From NCBI GenBank assembly GCA_017480035.1, contig JAFVBJ010000003.1, positions 298,126 through 362,125 on the forward strand: DNA of 64,000 bases, given 5' to 3'. The position numbers and the translations under genes were made by a program. The stretch comes from Candidatus Saccharimonadota bacterium. Its GTDB lineage: Bacteria > Patescibacteriota > Saccharimonadia > Saccharimonadales > Saccharimonadaceae. Below are positions 18,604-28,877 of the stretch, piece after piece. The notes beneath the pieces were generated by a model. It did no database searches and was not told the origin of the DNA. It saw only the letters and a program-made list of their open reading frames with translations. The first letter of the stretch is position 1, and every line of letters begins with the position of its first letter.

Positions 18604-19932
18604 TTAGCCTTCGAAATCCGGTTTGCCGAGCAATCTAAACATTTCATTTTTATATGCTTCAACTCCCGGCTGGTCAAACGGATTGACCTGCTCAAATTTT
18701 GCCGAAATCGCACATGCGAGTTCAAAGAAATAAATCAGCGACCCGAGACTCCTTTCGGACAAATCTGGCATGATGACCTCGAGCACCGGAATATGTTGCG
18801 AGTGCGCCGTGATGGTTGCATCTTTTGCTTTTTCGTTAATAAAACCGAGCTCTTTTTCTTCGAGATATTGCAGTCCGTCGAGATTTTCATCCATTTTCGG
18901 GACAGTGATTTGCGGGTTGATCCGGTTTGTGTATTTTGGTGCCGGCAGATTTTCAAACGAAATAATTGTTTCAAAAATATTCGGTCGGCCCTGTTGCATG
19001 TATTGCCCGAGCGAGTGTAAATCGGTTGTATAAATTGCGGTCGCCGGGAAAATTCCTTTGTCTTCTTTACCTTCCGATTCGCCAAAAAGTTGTTGCCACC
19101 ATTTTTCAAGATATTCCATGCATGGTTCAAAGCAGGAAAGCACTTCAACATCATAATTTCGTGTGCGGAGAATGTGGCGTGCCGCAGCGTATTTGAAAAT
19201 TGCATCCGTAATCGAGCCGGCAATTTCTTCGTTTGAAGTTTCGGTTCCGGAAGTGAGTTGTGTCATCAGCGCCGCTTCTTCTTCACGCGCACCCGACATC
19301 AAATCATCAATATTCACTCCAGCGACCGCGAGCGGCAAAAGTCCCACCGCCGTTAAAACCGAATAACGTCCGCCAATATCGTTTGGCACAACGAATCGTT
19401 CATAGTGATTGTAGAGTGCTTCGTCGTGTAAAGCGCCAGATTCCGCATCAGTCGTCGCATAGATTCGCGCGTAAGCTTCATTTTCACCGTATTTTTCGAT
19501 TAATTTTTCTTTGAAAATGCGAAATGCAATCGCCGGTTCGGTCGTCGTTCCAGATTTTGAGATGACGTTTATTGAAAAATCTTTATCGCCAATTTCATCG
19601 AGAACTTTTTGAGTCGAGATGGTAGAAATTGAGTTTCCGGCATAGAGAACTTTTGTGTTGGATTTAATTTGCGATTCGAGTGCGTCGATGATAGCTTTGT
19701 GCCCGAGATAAGAACCGCCAATTCCGATGCAAACGAGATAATCTGAGTCGCTTTGGATGCGCTGCGCGGCAGCTTTGATACGCGAAAATTCGTCTTTGTC
19801 ATAATTTTCCGGCAGAGAAACCCACCCCGCCATCTTGTCCTCACGGACTTCGTCCATCAAATTTTGAGCTGAACTAGCTTGAACCGCGAGCATTGAAGCG
19901 TCAATATCACAGTGAAATTTCAAATTTATCAT
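18604..19932 (-). CDS. pgi: Glucose-6-phosphate isomerase
   Basis: GIGGSYLG, SKSGTTTEPA, IGGRYSVLTAVGL, QLFGESEGK, DLHSLGQ, NPFDQPGVEAYK. Confidence 0.96.
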   Translation of the reverse strand: MINLKFHCDIDASMLAVQASSAQNLMDEVREDKMAGWVSLPENYDKDEFSRIKAAAQRIQSDSDYLVCIGIGGSYLGHKAIIDALESQIKSNTKVLYAGNSISTISTQKVLDEIGDKDFSINVISKSGTTTEPAIAFRIFKEKLIEKYGENEAYARIYATTDAESGALHDEALYNHYERFVVPNDIGGRYSVLTAVGLLPLAVAGVNIDDLMSGAREEEAALMTQLTSGTETSNEEIAGSITDAIFKYAAARHILRTRNYDVEVLSCFEPCMEYLEKWWQQLFGESEGKEDKGIFPATAIYTTDLHSLGQYMQQGRPNIFETIISFENLPAPKYTNRINPQITVPKMDENLDGLQYLEEKELGFINEKAKDATITAHSQHIPVLEVIMPDLSERSLGSLIYFFELACAISAKFEQVNPFDQPGVEAYKNEMFRLLGKPDFEG

Positions 19933-19986
19933 TTTTACCTCTCTTTTCCTCTATTATATCATAATGTGATATAATTTAAGGAACGG

Positions 19987-20073
19987 GCCCGCTTGGCGGA
20001 ATTGGTAGACGCGCTAGCTTCAGGTGCTAGTGATCGTAAGATCGTAAGAGTTCAAGTCTCTTAGTGGGCACCA
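19987..20073 (+). tRNA. tRNA-Leu(CAG)
   Basis: GCCCGCT/AGTGGGC acceptor, CTAGC-TT CAG GT-GCTAG, long variable arm, CCA. Confidence 0.95.
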
Positions 20074-20103
20074 AAATTTTTCCAACAGAGGTAAGATTTC
20101 TCA

Positions 20104-20940
20104 ATGGTTAACTTTCTAAACGAACTGACGACTTGGATTCTTTATTTTTTCATCTATTCGATTATCGGGTGGGTTTTTGAATCGACCTACTGTTCTCTGA
20201 AAGCAAAACCGCCTCATTTTATCAACCGCGGTTTTCTCTTTGGTCCACTTTGCCCGATTTATGGTTCCGGGTTGGTCGCAGTCGCGTTTCTGATGCAACC
20301 GTTCACATATATCGACCCGGTCGCAAAATTCCTCATCATCGCTGGAGTCTGTACTGTTATCGAATATGTCGCAAGCTTTGTGATGGAAAAACTCTATCAC
20401 GTTCGTTGGTGGAGCTATAGAAACTCTTGGTATAATTTCACAATCAACGGTCGCGTTTCGTTTTGGACCTCGATTGGTTTTGGGCTTGGTGGACTGATTG
20501 TTTTGAACTATATCCATCCGAGTATCGTCGATTTCGTCGGAAGTTTTAGTTTTGGCGCAAAAATGGCGCTCTCAGTCTCACTGATTATCCTCTTTATGCT
20601 TGATAACTACATGTCAAATGCCGCCGCCGCTTCGGTCAAGCACGCCTTAAAAGGCGGTAAAATCGACCTGACTGACGAAATTAAACGCTATGCGATTAAC
20701 TATTATCGCGAACAGACGAGAAAAACCCGCCGTCTCGCGAAAAAACTTCTGAAACAGATGAAAAAGGCCCAAAAAACTGCCATCAAACAGCTGAGGGGCG
20801 CCCAAAAACGCATCATGCGCCAAGCTGCAAAGCTCGAATATCGTGCTAAACGCCATGAAGTGCGCAAGGAAATCGCTAAAACTGACCTAAAGACCATTCC
20901 GCGTAAAACTGAAAGACTAAAAAAGAACTCAAAGTTTTGA
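20104..20940 (+). CDS. Putative ABC-transporter-permease-like membrane protein (CmpB/TmcB-like) with basic coiled C-terminus
   Basis: FFIYSIIGWVFE, NRGFLFGPLCPIYGSG, IEYVASFVME, WWSY...INGRVS. Confidence 0.78.
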   Translation: MVNFLNELTTWILYFFIYSIIGWVFESTYCSLKAKPPHFINRGFLFGPLCPIYGSGLVAVAFLMQPFTYIDPVAKFLIIAGVCTVIEYVASFVMEKLYHVRWWSYRNSWYNFTINGRVSFWTSIGFGLGGLIVLNYIHPSIVDFVGSFSFGAKMALSVSLIILFMLDNYMSNAAAASVKHALKGGKIDLTDEIKRYAINYYREQTRKTRRLAKKLLKQMKKAQKTAIKQLRGAQKRIMRQAAKLEYRAKRHEVRKEIAKTDLKTIPRKTERLKKNSKF

Positions 20941-20957
20941 GTTCAAATAAATCACGG

Positions 20958-21034
20958 TGGTGGGCGATAGAGGAGTCGAACCTCTGACCTCGTCTACGTC
21001 AAAGACGCGCTCTAGCCAACTGAGCTAACCGCCC
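20958..21034 (-). tRNA. tRNA-Val(GAC)
   Basis: GGGCGGT/ATCGCCC acceptor, CGTCT-TT GAC GT-AGACG, CCA. Confidence 0.95.
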
Positions 21035-21102
21035 GAGTAAATTCATTATATCACATTTTGATTTTTTAGGCAATTCTATTTTCCCGTGATATAATAAAAT
21101 AT

Positions 21103-22716
21103 ATGGATAAACTGAATTATGGTGGGCCGGTTGTTCTTGTCGTCATGGATGGCGTCGGTCTATCTAGAGACCTAAAAGGTAATGCCGTTCTCCAGGCACA
21201 CACTGAATTTTTGGATAAGGCTGTCCAAACTCAAAAGACTATGGGCTTGAAAGCCTCCGGCGAAGCCGTGGGAATTTTGGCTGGACAAATGGGAAATTCT
21301 GAAGTTGGACACAATGCTCTCGGTGCCGGTCAAATTATTAAACAGGGAATTGCCAAAATCGAAGACGAACTCGAGACTGGTAAAATCTGGGAATCAACTG
21401 CCTGGACTGGCGCAATCGCAAACGTCAAAGCTCACGATTCAACCCTCCATTTTTCTGGAATTTTTAGTGATGGCGGTGTTCATTCCGACATCAATCATCT
21501 CGAAAAAATGTTAAAAAGGGCGAGTGAAGAAAAAATCAAACGCGTTCGCATTCATCTCGTTTTGGATGGACGTGACGTTCCGCCTCGTAGCGCCGAAAAA
21601 TATGTCGACCGTCTCGAAAAATTCCTCGACACTTTAAAGGACGAATATGGTAATAAACGTGACTACAAAATCGCCGGTGGTGGCGGCCGCATGGTCTATG
21701 TTGCCGACCGCTATGAAACTGATTGGGAAGTCGTCAAACGTGGCTGGGATGCTATCGTTTACGGCAAAGCCGAAAACTATTATGGCTCTGCCTCGGAGGC
21801 AATCTCCGAATTACGCCGCAAAAATTCTGATATTTTAGATCAATATCTCCCGCCGTTCGTGCTTGTCGAAAACGGCGAACCGGTTGGAAAAGTCAGCGAC
21901 GGCGATAGTTTTATTTATTATGATTTTCGTGCCGACCGCGCCATCGAAATCGCCGAAGCTTTCACTTACGATAATTTTGACGGATTCGACCGTGGCACTG
22001 AAGGAAATCGTAAGCTCGACGTTTTCTTCGCTGGCATGACCGAATATAATTCCGACACTCACGTCCCACAGTATCGCTTAATTGAGCCGGTCGAAATCAA
22101 AGATTCTCTCCATGAATTTCTTGGTCGTCATGAAATTTCGCAACTTTCCGTTGCTGAAACTGCAAAATTTGGCCACATTACTTACTATTTTAACGGTAAT
22201 TCTTACGAAAAATACAACAACGAAAAACAAATCGAAATTGAGTCCGACACTCGTCCATATAACGAACGTCCGTGGATGAAAGCTGCTGAAACGACCGACG
22301 CTTTACTTGATGAAATTGAGAATTATAAATTTATCCGCATTAATTATGCTGGCGGCGATATGGTTGGACATTTTGGCGACATGGAAGCAACGATTACGGC
22401 GATGGAAGCGATTGATATCCAACTTTCACGCCTTGCAAAAAAACTTGATGAAATCGGTGGAATGATGATTATTACTGCCGATCACGGCAACGCCGAAGAA
22501 TTACTCGACGAAAATGGGGAGCCAAAAACTTCGCACTCAACCAATCTCGTTCCGTGTATTTTCTATGATAATACCGAAAATGCTAAACTTTATGATTTGA
22601 ACCGCATTTCTGATGCCGGACTTTCGAACATTGCTTCGACTCTCGCGAATCTGCTCGGTTTTGATAATTCCGAATTTCCAGAGAGTTGGCGCGAAAGTCT
22701 CATAAAACGTCTGTAA
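21103..22716 (+). CDS. gpmI: 2,3-bisphosphoglycerate-independent phosphoglycerate mutase
   Basis: VVMDGVG, GQMGNSEVGH, DGGVHS, DGRDVPP, FRADRA, AETAKFGHITYYFNG, DMVGHFG, TADHGNAE. Confidence 0.96.
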   Translation: MDKLNYGGPVVLVVMDGVGLSRDLKGNAVLQAHTEFLDKAVQTQKTMGLKASGEAVGILAGQMGNSEVGHNALGAGQIIKQGIAKIEDELETGKIWESTAWTGAIANVKAHDSTLHFSGIFSDGGVHSDINHLEKMLKRASEEKIKRVRIHLVLDGRDVPPRSAEKYVDRLEKFLDTLKDEYGNKRDYKIAGGGGRMVYVADRYETDWEVVKRGWDAIVYGKAENYYGSASEAISELRRKNSDILDQYLPPFVLVENGEPVGKVSDGDSFIYYDFRADRAIEIAEAFTYDNFDGFDRGTEGNRKLDVFFAGMTEYNSDTHVPQYRLIEPVEIKDSLHEFLGRHEISQLSVAETAKFGHITYYFNGNSYEKYNNEKQIEIESDTRPYNERPWMKAAETTDALLDEIENYKFIRINYAGGDMVGHFGDMEATITAMEAIDIQLSRLAKKLDEIGGMMIITADHGNAEELLDENGEPKTSHSTNLVPCIFYDNTENAKLYDLNRISDAGLSNIASTLANLLGFDNSEFPESWRESLIKRL

Positions 22717-22756
22717 AATTTATTCATACTATGATATAATTTTTCAAGGAATTATT

Positions 22757-24307
22757 ATGAAAAAAGAAGTATCATATCAACAAGAAATTGGTCGCGTTAT
22801 CGAGTCGATGCGTAAAGAAAAAGGCATGACTCAATCTGAGCTTGCGCGACAAATTGGCACTTCACAGTCCGCGATTCATCGTATCGAAAAAGGTGAGCAA
22901 AACATTTCGCTCGAAATGGTGAAAAAAGTTTCGACCGAGCTTGGCGGCCAAATTCTCTCTATAAACGACTCCTCATCACAGAGCTATCGTATTAATGGCG
23001 GCAAAACTTTGAGTGGCGAAATCACGATCAATACTTCAAAAAATGCTGCTGTCGGGTTGCTTTGTTCTTCGCTTCTAAATTCCGGCAAAACTATTCTTCA
23101 TCATGTTGCGCGCATCGAAGAAGTTTATCGCATCATCGAAGTTCTTGAAAGTATTGGCGTGAAATGTCGCTGGGTAAATCGTCATAAAGATCTTGAAATT
23201 ATACCACCACGTGAATTGAAACTCGAAAACCTCGATTCTGCTGCTGCTCGCCGCACGCGCTCAATTATTATGTTTATGGGTCCATTACTTCATAAATTCA
23301 AGAAATTCGAATTGCCATACGCTGGCGGTTGTTCGCTCGGCACGCGCACAGTCGACCCGCACATGCGCGCACTTTCGACTTTTGGTCTCGAAGTTGACGC
23401 TGAGAAAAAACCTGGATTTTACGAAACTACTATCGACCAGAAAACTCTCAATTCAAAAACTCCGAAGAAAATCGTTTTGATTGAACGTGGCGACACTGTG
23501 ACAGAAAATGTTTTAATGGCTGCTGCACTCTATCCCGGCAAGACAAAAATCATCGGCGCTTCACCAAACTATATGGTCCAAGACGTTTGTTTCTTCCTTG
23601 AAAAACTTGGCGTCAAAATTAAAGGTATCGGCTCTACCACGCTCGAAGTCACTGGCGTCGAAAAAATCGATCGCGATATTGAATATTGGCCAAGCGAAGA
23701 CCCAATCGAATGTATGAGTTTTATCGCCGCCGCACTCGTCACAAAATCTGAAATTAAAATCACTCGCGCGCCAATCGAATTTCTCGAAATCGAGCTTGAA
23801 GTTTTGAAGTCTATGCACGCAAAAATCGAAATTTCCGAAGAATACAAATCAAAAAATGAAAAAACTCGCCTCGTTGATTTGATTGTCAAGAAATCGAATT
23901 TGAAAGCTCCAATGGACAAAATTCATCCGATGCCGTTCCCAGGCCTCAACATCGATAATCTTCCATTTTTCGGCGTGATTGCTGCTGTCGCAGAAGGAAG
24001 AACTTTGATTCACGACTGGGTTTTTGAAAATCGTGCGATTTATACTAGCTATCTCTCAAATTTGAACGCAAAAGTTGAGCTTCTCGACGCGCACCGCGTG
24101 TATGTCGAGGGCCCGACAAATTGGCGCCCAGCCGAACTTGTCGCGCCGCCGGCGCTTCGCCCAGCCGTCGTGATTTTGATTGCGATGCTCGCCGCACCTG
24201 GCACGTCAATCCTTCGTAATATTTATTCGATTTCTCGTGGTTACCAAGATTTCGCCCGTAGATTAAATCATCTCGGCGCCGACATTCAGCCACTCGCAGG
24301 AATTTAG
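22757..24307 (+). CDS. murA: UDP-N-acetylglucosamine 1-carboxyvinyltransferase with N-terminal XRE helix-turn-helix
   Basis: MTQSELARQIGTSQSAIHRIEKG HTH; SKNAA, AGGCSLGTRTVDPH, PFPGL, FENR, RGY. Confidence 0.92.
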   Translation: MKKEVSYQQEIGRVIESMRKEKGMTQSELARQIGTSQSAIHRIEKGEQNISLEMVKKVSTELGGQILSINDSSSQSYRINGGKTLSGEITINTSKNAAVGLLCSSLLNSGKTILHHVARIEEVYRIIEVLESIGVKCRWVNRHKDLEIIPPRELKLENLDSAAARRTRSIIMFMGPLLHKFKKFELPYAGGCSLGTRTVDPHMRALSTFGLEVDAEKKPGFYETTIDQKTLNSKTPKKIVLIERGDTVTENVLMAAALYPGKTKIIGASPNYMVQDVCFFLEKLGVKIKGIGSTTLEVTGVEKIDRDIEYWPSEDPIECMSFIAAALVTKSEIKITRAPIEFLEIELEVLKSMHAKIEISEEYKSKNEKTRLVDLIVKKSNLKAPMDKIHPMPFPGLNIDNLPFFGVIAAVAEGRTLIHDWVFENRAIYTSYLSNLNAKVELLDAHRVYVEGPTNWRPAELVAPPALRPAVVILIAMLAAPGTSILRNIYSISRGYQDFARRLNHLGADIQPLAGI

Positions 24308-24316
24308 CGTTTTTCG

Positions 24317-26350
24317 CTAGTATTCCGGGAAGGGATCAAAATCATCGTATTCGATATCATCTTTCCACGGGTCAAACGCTTTTTTACGTTTTCGCGGATT
24401 TGGTGCATACGGGTCAAAATCTTCATCTACTTCATCAAACTTCTCGCCATCGTATTGTCCTCCGTCATGTCCAGCATACGGATCGTATCCAAGTTCGGTT
24501 AGAAATCTCGACGGCAAATTATAGCTTCTTTGCCCCATCGAAAATCGCGAACTCGCGAATGTTAAAAACAATTTTTCCTTCGCACGAGTCATCCCGACAT
24601 ATGCCAGCCGTCTTTCTTCTTCAATCTCTTCTTCCGAATCGTCGCGCAGACTCGGGAAAAGCCCTTCTTCCATTCCAACGATAAAAACTACCGGAAATTC
24701 AAGCCCCTTCGCCGCATGCAAAGTCATGAGCGTCACGGAATTTTTATCCGTCTCCTCGTCTGCCAAAGACATTAAAACTGCCTCCGCCAAAAAATCTTCG
24801 AGCGTCTCAAATTCCGTCGCATTCGAAACCATAGCGTTTAAGTTTAGCGCTCGTTCATCGCCAGCCGGCGTGCCGTCATGAACGCGTTCAATCAACCCAA
24901 ATTTCTGAATTACGTTCAGAACAATATCATTCGGCGCCGCTTCCAAATCAACTTCGCGCACAAAATCCACAAATCTCGAAACTGCTGTTTTGGCTTTTCC
25001 GGAAAGCACCGTCGAAATATCATAATCTCGAAACGGATCGCCTTCCATCTCATTCATCGCCGCAAACATTTTTGCGATGCTTGCTGCACCGACTCCGGAA
25101 AAAACGTTTTTACAAACTCGCTCAAACGAAATTCTGTCTCGCGGGTTAAATAAAATCTTCAAAATCGCTAGCACATCTTTTATTTCTTTACGGTCATAAA
25201 ATCTCACGCCGCCGATAATTTTATATGGAATATGTAAATCAAGAAATGCTTTTTCAAAGTTATATGATTGCGCGTTCGTGCGATAGAGCACTGCAAAATC
25301 AGAAAAATCGCGTTTTTGGGCGAGAATTTTGACCTTAAATGCAACAAATTTCGCTTCCGCATTTTCGTCTCGGAGATTTTCGATATCCACTGGCTCACCG
25401 TCGCCCGACTCTGTAAAAAGTGTTTTGTCTGTGCGAGTCTTGTTCTTATTTATAACTTTTTGTGACGCTTTTAAAATATTTCCTGTCGAACGATAATTTT
25501 GCTCAAGTTTTATTACTATTGCGCCCGGAAAATCGCGTTCAAAATTCAAAATATTTGTAAAATCTGCCCCGCGCCATGAATAAATTGACTGCCAATCGTC
25601 GCCCACTACACAAATGTTTCGTTCGCTGTTTACCAGCGCTTTCACTAGCCGATATTGAATGTGGTTCGTGTCCTGATACTCATCAATCAAAATATGTTTG
25701 AACTTTCTCTGCCATTTTTCGCGAATTGCCGGATTTTTCTCAAAAAGCTCTACTACTCTTAGTAAAATATCATCAAAATCGAGTGCATTCGCCTCATTTT
25801 TCATTCGTTCATAAACACGAAAAATCTGTGCAGTTTTTTTCTGGTTTGGGTAAACTGCCGAAGCTTCATAGCTCTCGATTGTTTCGCCAGAATTTTTGCA
25901 GCTCGAAATAATCGATTGTACAGATTTTGGCTTCAGATATTTATCATCGATTTTTAGTTCTTTTATCGCACGTTTAATCAATGCAATTTGGTCATCCATG
26001 TCATAAATCACGAAATTTTTGTCGAGCCCTGCGTGCTCATTTTCAATCCGCAAAATTCTCACGCAAACCGAATGAAAAGTTCCCATGTACGGCATAAATT
26101 CGCGCGGAACTTCGTCAAACCTTTCTGGCTGCACTAAATTCCAAAGTCTTAGTCGCATTTCTTTTGCAGCCTTATTTGTGAAAGTTACCGCGAGAATTTC
26201 GTGTTCAGTGATGCCGTGTGAAATCAAATTTGCGATGCGATGCGTCAAAGTTTTAGTTTTACCTGAGCCTGCGCCCGCCAAAATCAAAACCGGACCAGAC
26301 AAAGTCTCGACCGCTCGCTTCTGCTCTTTGTTTAATCCCTCCGTAAACAT
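24317..26350 (-). CDS. pcrA: ATP-dependent DNA helicase PcrA/UvrD
   Basis: Start ATG 26350; AGAGSGKTKTLTHR, TFTNKAA, DEYQDTN, VGDDWQSIYSWRGA, QNYRST, TLHAAKGLEF, EERRLAYVGMTRA. Confidence 0.95.
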   Translation of the reverse strand: MFTEGLNKEQKRAVETLSGPVLILAGAGSGKTKTLTHRIANLISHGITEHEILAVTFTNKAAKEMRLRLWNLVQPERFDEVPREFMPYMGTFHSVCVRILRIENEHAGLDKNFVIYDMDDQIALIKRAIKELKIDDKYLKPKSVQSIISSCKNSGETIESYEASAVYPNQKKTAQIFRVYERMKNEANALDFDDILLRVVELFEKNPAIREKWQRKFKHILIDEYQDTNHIQYRLVKALVNSERNICVVGDDWQSIYSWRGADFTNILNFERDFPGAIVIKLEQNYRSTGNILKASQKVINKNKTRTDKTLFTESGDGEPVDIENLRDENAEAKFVAFKVKILAQKRDFSDFAVLYRTNAQSYNFEKAFLDLHIPYKIIGGVRFYDRKEIKDVLAILKILFNPRDRISFERVCKNVFSGVGAASIAKMFAAMNEMEGDPFRDYDISTVLSGKAKTAVSRFVDFVREVDLEAAPNDIVLNVIQKFGLIERVHDGTPAGDERALNLNAMVSNATEFETLEDFLAEAVLMSLADEETDKNSVTLMTLHAAKGLEFPVVFIVGMEEGLFPSLRDDSEEEIEEERRLAYVGMTRAKEKLFLTFASSRFSMGQRSYNLPSRFLTELGYDPYAGHDGGQYDGEKFDEVDEDFDPYAPNPRKRKKAFDPWKDDIEYDDFDPFPEY

Positions 26351-26409
26351 AATGAATATTATATCATGAAAAATACGTTTTTTGCTGTTCTGTGTTATAA
26401 TGGTTATGT

Positions 26410-27342
26410 ATGAAACTGCGACCTCATACTCTAATATTTTCAAGACTTTTACTTTTTGCCGTTTTCGGACTGATTTTCGCTTTTCTTCTCGTTGCTAATT
26501 TCTCTCGCACGAAATTCGCTGATGCTTTTGCAAAAGAATCTGCAGATTCCGCCGAGACTCACTTTGTCACATTCCACGAAAACAAAGAATCTTTGACGAT
26601 AAAAACCAACGCCAAAACCGTCGAAGAAGCTCTCTCCCGTGCAAAAATCGAACTCGATAAAAACGACCGCACTGAGCCTGAACGCCTCGAAGAAATCGTT
26701 TCTGAAGACGGCAAAAATTTTGACGTTTACATTTACCGCGCTCGCCCAGTCATTATCATTGACGGCACTGTAAAAAAATACCTCATGACTGCAACTTATG
26801 ATAAAAAATCGCTTGCCTCCCAAGCCGGCTTCACTATCTATAAAGGCGACCAGATAAAAACCAAGCTTTCTAAGAACGTTCTCGAAGCTGGCCTTACCGA
26901 AACTTATGAAATCGTCCGCAGCGGCGACACTGAAACTGATTCTAAAGCCGAAATGAAATCTTTGGAGCGTAAAGAAATTTTAGATATCGCAGAAATCAAA
27001 GAAGAGCCAAAAACTCTCGAAAAGGTCCCGGAATTCGTCACCAACCCAGACCGCGCAACCTGTGAAGCTTGGATGCGTGCCGCCGGCGTCTCCGAAAGCG
27101 ATATGGATGTCGCCTACTGGATTATTTTCAAAGAATCAAAATGCCGCTATAATGCCACGAACAAATCTTCCGGCGCTTACGGTATCCCACAAGCACTCCC
27201 GGGACGCAAAATGGCGAGTGCCGGCGCAGATTGGGAAACGAACCCAATCACCCAAATTAAATGGATGATTAGCTACGTTAACGGTCGCTATGGCGGCTGG
27301 AACGGCGCAAAAGCCTGGTGGGATGCACATCACTGGTATTAG
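26410..27342 (+). CDS. RpfB/YabE-like protein: N-terminal TM, DUF348-like repeats, C-terminal lysozyme-like transglycosylase domain
   Basis: KTNAKTVEEALSRAKIEL (DUF348-like); WIIFKES, SSGAYGIPQALPG, NPITQIKW, RYGGW...WY; directly upstream of rsmA. Confidence 0.75.
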   Translation: MKLRPHTLIFSRLLLFAVFGLIFAFLLVANFSRTKFADAFAKESADSAETHFVTFHENKESLTIKTNAKTVEEALSRAKIELDKNDRTEPERLEEIVSEDGKNFDVYIYRARPVIIIDGTVKKYLMTATYDKKSLASQAGFTIYKGDQIKTKLSKNVLEAGLTETYEIVRSGDTETDSKAEMKSLERKEILDIAEIKEEPKTLEKVPEFVTNPDRATCEAWMRAAGVSESDMDVAYWIIFKESKCRYNATNKSSGAYGIPQALPGRKMASAGADWETNPITQIKWMISYVNGRYGGWNGAKAWWDAHHWY

Positions 27343-27350
27343 AGGAAAAT

Positions 27351-28109
27351 ATGGGTTTACAGAATAATAAATCTCTCGGACAACATTGGCTAAAAGACCG
27401 CGCTATCCTCGACGAAATCGCCGATGAAGCGCTCTGCGACGTCGACTTATGTATCGAAATCGGCCCAGGTCTCGGTACTCTGACTAGCAGTCTTCTAAAA
27501 CGTTTCAAAAAAGTTCTTGCTGTCGAATTTGACGCAAAACTCGCCGGCAATCTCCCGAAATCTTTCCCGGGAAAAAATCTTGAAGTAAAAAATGAAGATT
27601 TTTTGAAATTCAATCTCGACGATATATCCGAAAAATACGCCGTCGCTGGAAACATCCCATATTATATTACTAGTCCGATTATCTTTAGGCTGCTTGAAGC
27701 GAAAAATAAACCTGAAAAAATTGCACTTCTCATCCAGAAAGAAGTTGCCGAGCGTATTCTTGAAGGGCCTGGTCGCCACACTTATCTTTCTCTCGCCGTC
27801 CAGAACTATGCCGAAGTCGAGCCGGGAATTGTTGTCCCGAAAAATTATTTCACCCCGCCACCGAAAGTTGATTCCGCAACGATAATCTTGATTCCGCGCA
27901 AAAAACCGCTCGTTGGCGATGAAGTTCTACGCTTCGCAAAACAAGGTTTCTCAAACCCACGCAAAAAACTTATCAAGAACCTTCCGTATGATAAAGAAAA
28001 GCTCGAAGCGATTTTTCATAAATTGATGCTCGACCCGAATGTCCGCCCGAGTGACCTAAATCATCAAGATTGGCAGGAATTGCTTGACAATATTTTAAAA
28101 ACTGTATAA
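27351..28109 (+). CDS. rsmA: 16S rRNA dimethyladenosine transferase KsgA
   Basis: Start ATG 27351; KSLGQHWL, IEIGPGLGTLT, GNIPYYITSPI, QKEVAER, FTPPPKVDS. Confidence 0.93.
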   Translation: MGLQNNKSLGQHWLKDRAILDEIADEALCDVDLCIEIGPGLGTLTSSLLKRFKKVLAVEFDAKLAGNLPKSFPGKNLEVKNEDFLKFNLDDISEKYAVAGNIPYYITSPIIFRLLEAKNKPEKIALLIQKEVAERILEGPGRHTYLSLAVQNYAEVEPGIVVPKNYFTPPPKVDSATIILIPRKKPLVGDEVLRFAKQGFSNPRKKLIKNLPYDKEKLEAIFHKLMLDPNVRPSDLNHQDWQELLDNILKTV

Positions 28110-28112
28110 AAT
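28084..28112 (+). promoter_or_regulatory. Sigma70 promoter of the pilin gene
   Basis: TTGACA (28084-28089), 17 bp spacer, TAAAAT (28107-28112). Confidence 0.7.
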
Positions 28113-28178
28113 AAAGCATAAGGATAATCTCTATCTGTGTGTCCTGAGCGCACAGGGAAAAATATAAGAAAGGATAAA

Positions 28179-28844
28179 ATGAAAAAACTAAATACAAACA
28201 AGAAAGGCTTTACGATTATCGAGGTCGTGCTCGTCCTTGCTATCGCCGGTCTTATCTTCATGATGGTTTTCATCGCACTTCCAGCGCTCCAGCGCTCACA
28301 ACGTGATACACAGCGTTCTAACGATATCGCTCGTGTCCAAACCGCCCTCAACCAATACCAAGCTAACAACCGTGGCGCAATTCCTGGCGGTGACAACAAG
28401 AGCCAAATGTATGTTAAAGGTCATGAAACCCAACTTACTAGTACGGCCGCTTATGCTACAGGTACATGGGGCTATTTCTATGACCAATATTTGATTGTTA
28501 ACTCTGGTGGTTCCCAGGACGTCTTCGCTGACCCAGATGGTGGTTTCTACTCTCTTTGGGTTCAACAATGTAATCCAGCTACTAAAACTGCCGGTACAGC
28601 TTGCGCTACTACAGTCCAACGTGCAACAGTTACCTTTGACGATCAATCTCTCGGTGCATTAACTAATGAAAACTCAGCTGCAAGTAGCGACTCAAAGAAC
28701 ACATCTGGTGAGATTGGCCATTCCATCTCAATCGTCATTCACGCAACCTGTAACGGTGAAACAGCTACATATTCAACTGGTGCCCGTAAAGTTGCAATTC
28801 TCTACAAGAAGGAAGGTGGTGGTACCTTCTGTCTCAACAACTAA
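28179..28844 (+). CDS. Type IV pilin (class III signal peptide)
   Basis: MKKLNTNKKG/FTIIEVVLVLAIAGLIFMMVF; 4 Cys in the globular domain; SD AAAGGA; own promoter and terminator. Confidence 0.9.
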   Translation: MKKLNTNKKGFTIIEVVLVLAIAGLIFMMVFIALPALQRSQRDTQRSNDIARVQTALNQYQANNRGAIPGGDNKSQMYVKGHETQLTSTAAYATGTWGYFYDQYLIVNSGGSQDVFADPDGGFYSLWVQQCNPATKTAGTACATTVQRATVTFDDQSLGALTNENSAASSDSKNTSGEIGHSISIVIHATCNGETATYSTGARKVAILYKKEGGGTFCLNN

Positions 28845-28877
28845 TCTAGTTGCCTAAAATATTTGACGAAAACTGCT

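Noticed and set aside
17994-22270. Matches to the recalled Bacteroides Mpi site (AGACGTTCGT at 17994; ACGAACGTC at 22262; partial hits at 52722 and 57778)
   Set aside because: Most lie inside essential coding sequences, and inversion would break galU and gpmI. The 57778 hit has no nearby partner. Compatible with chance.
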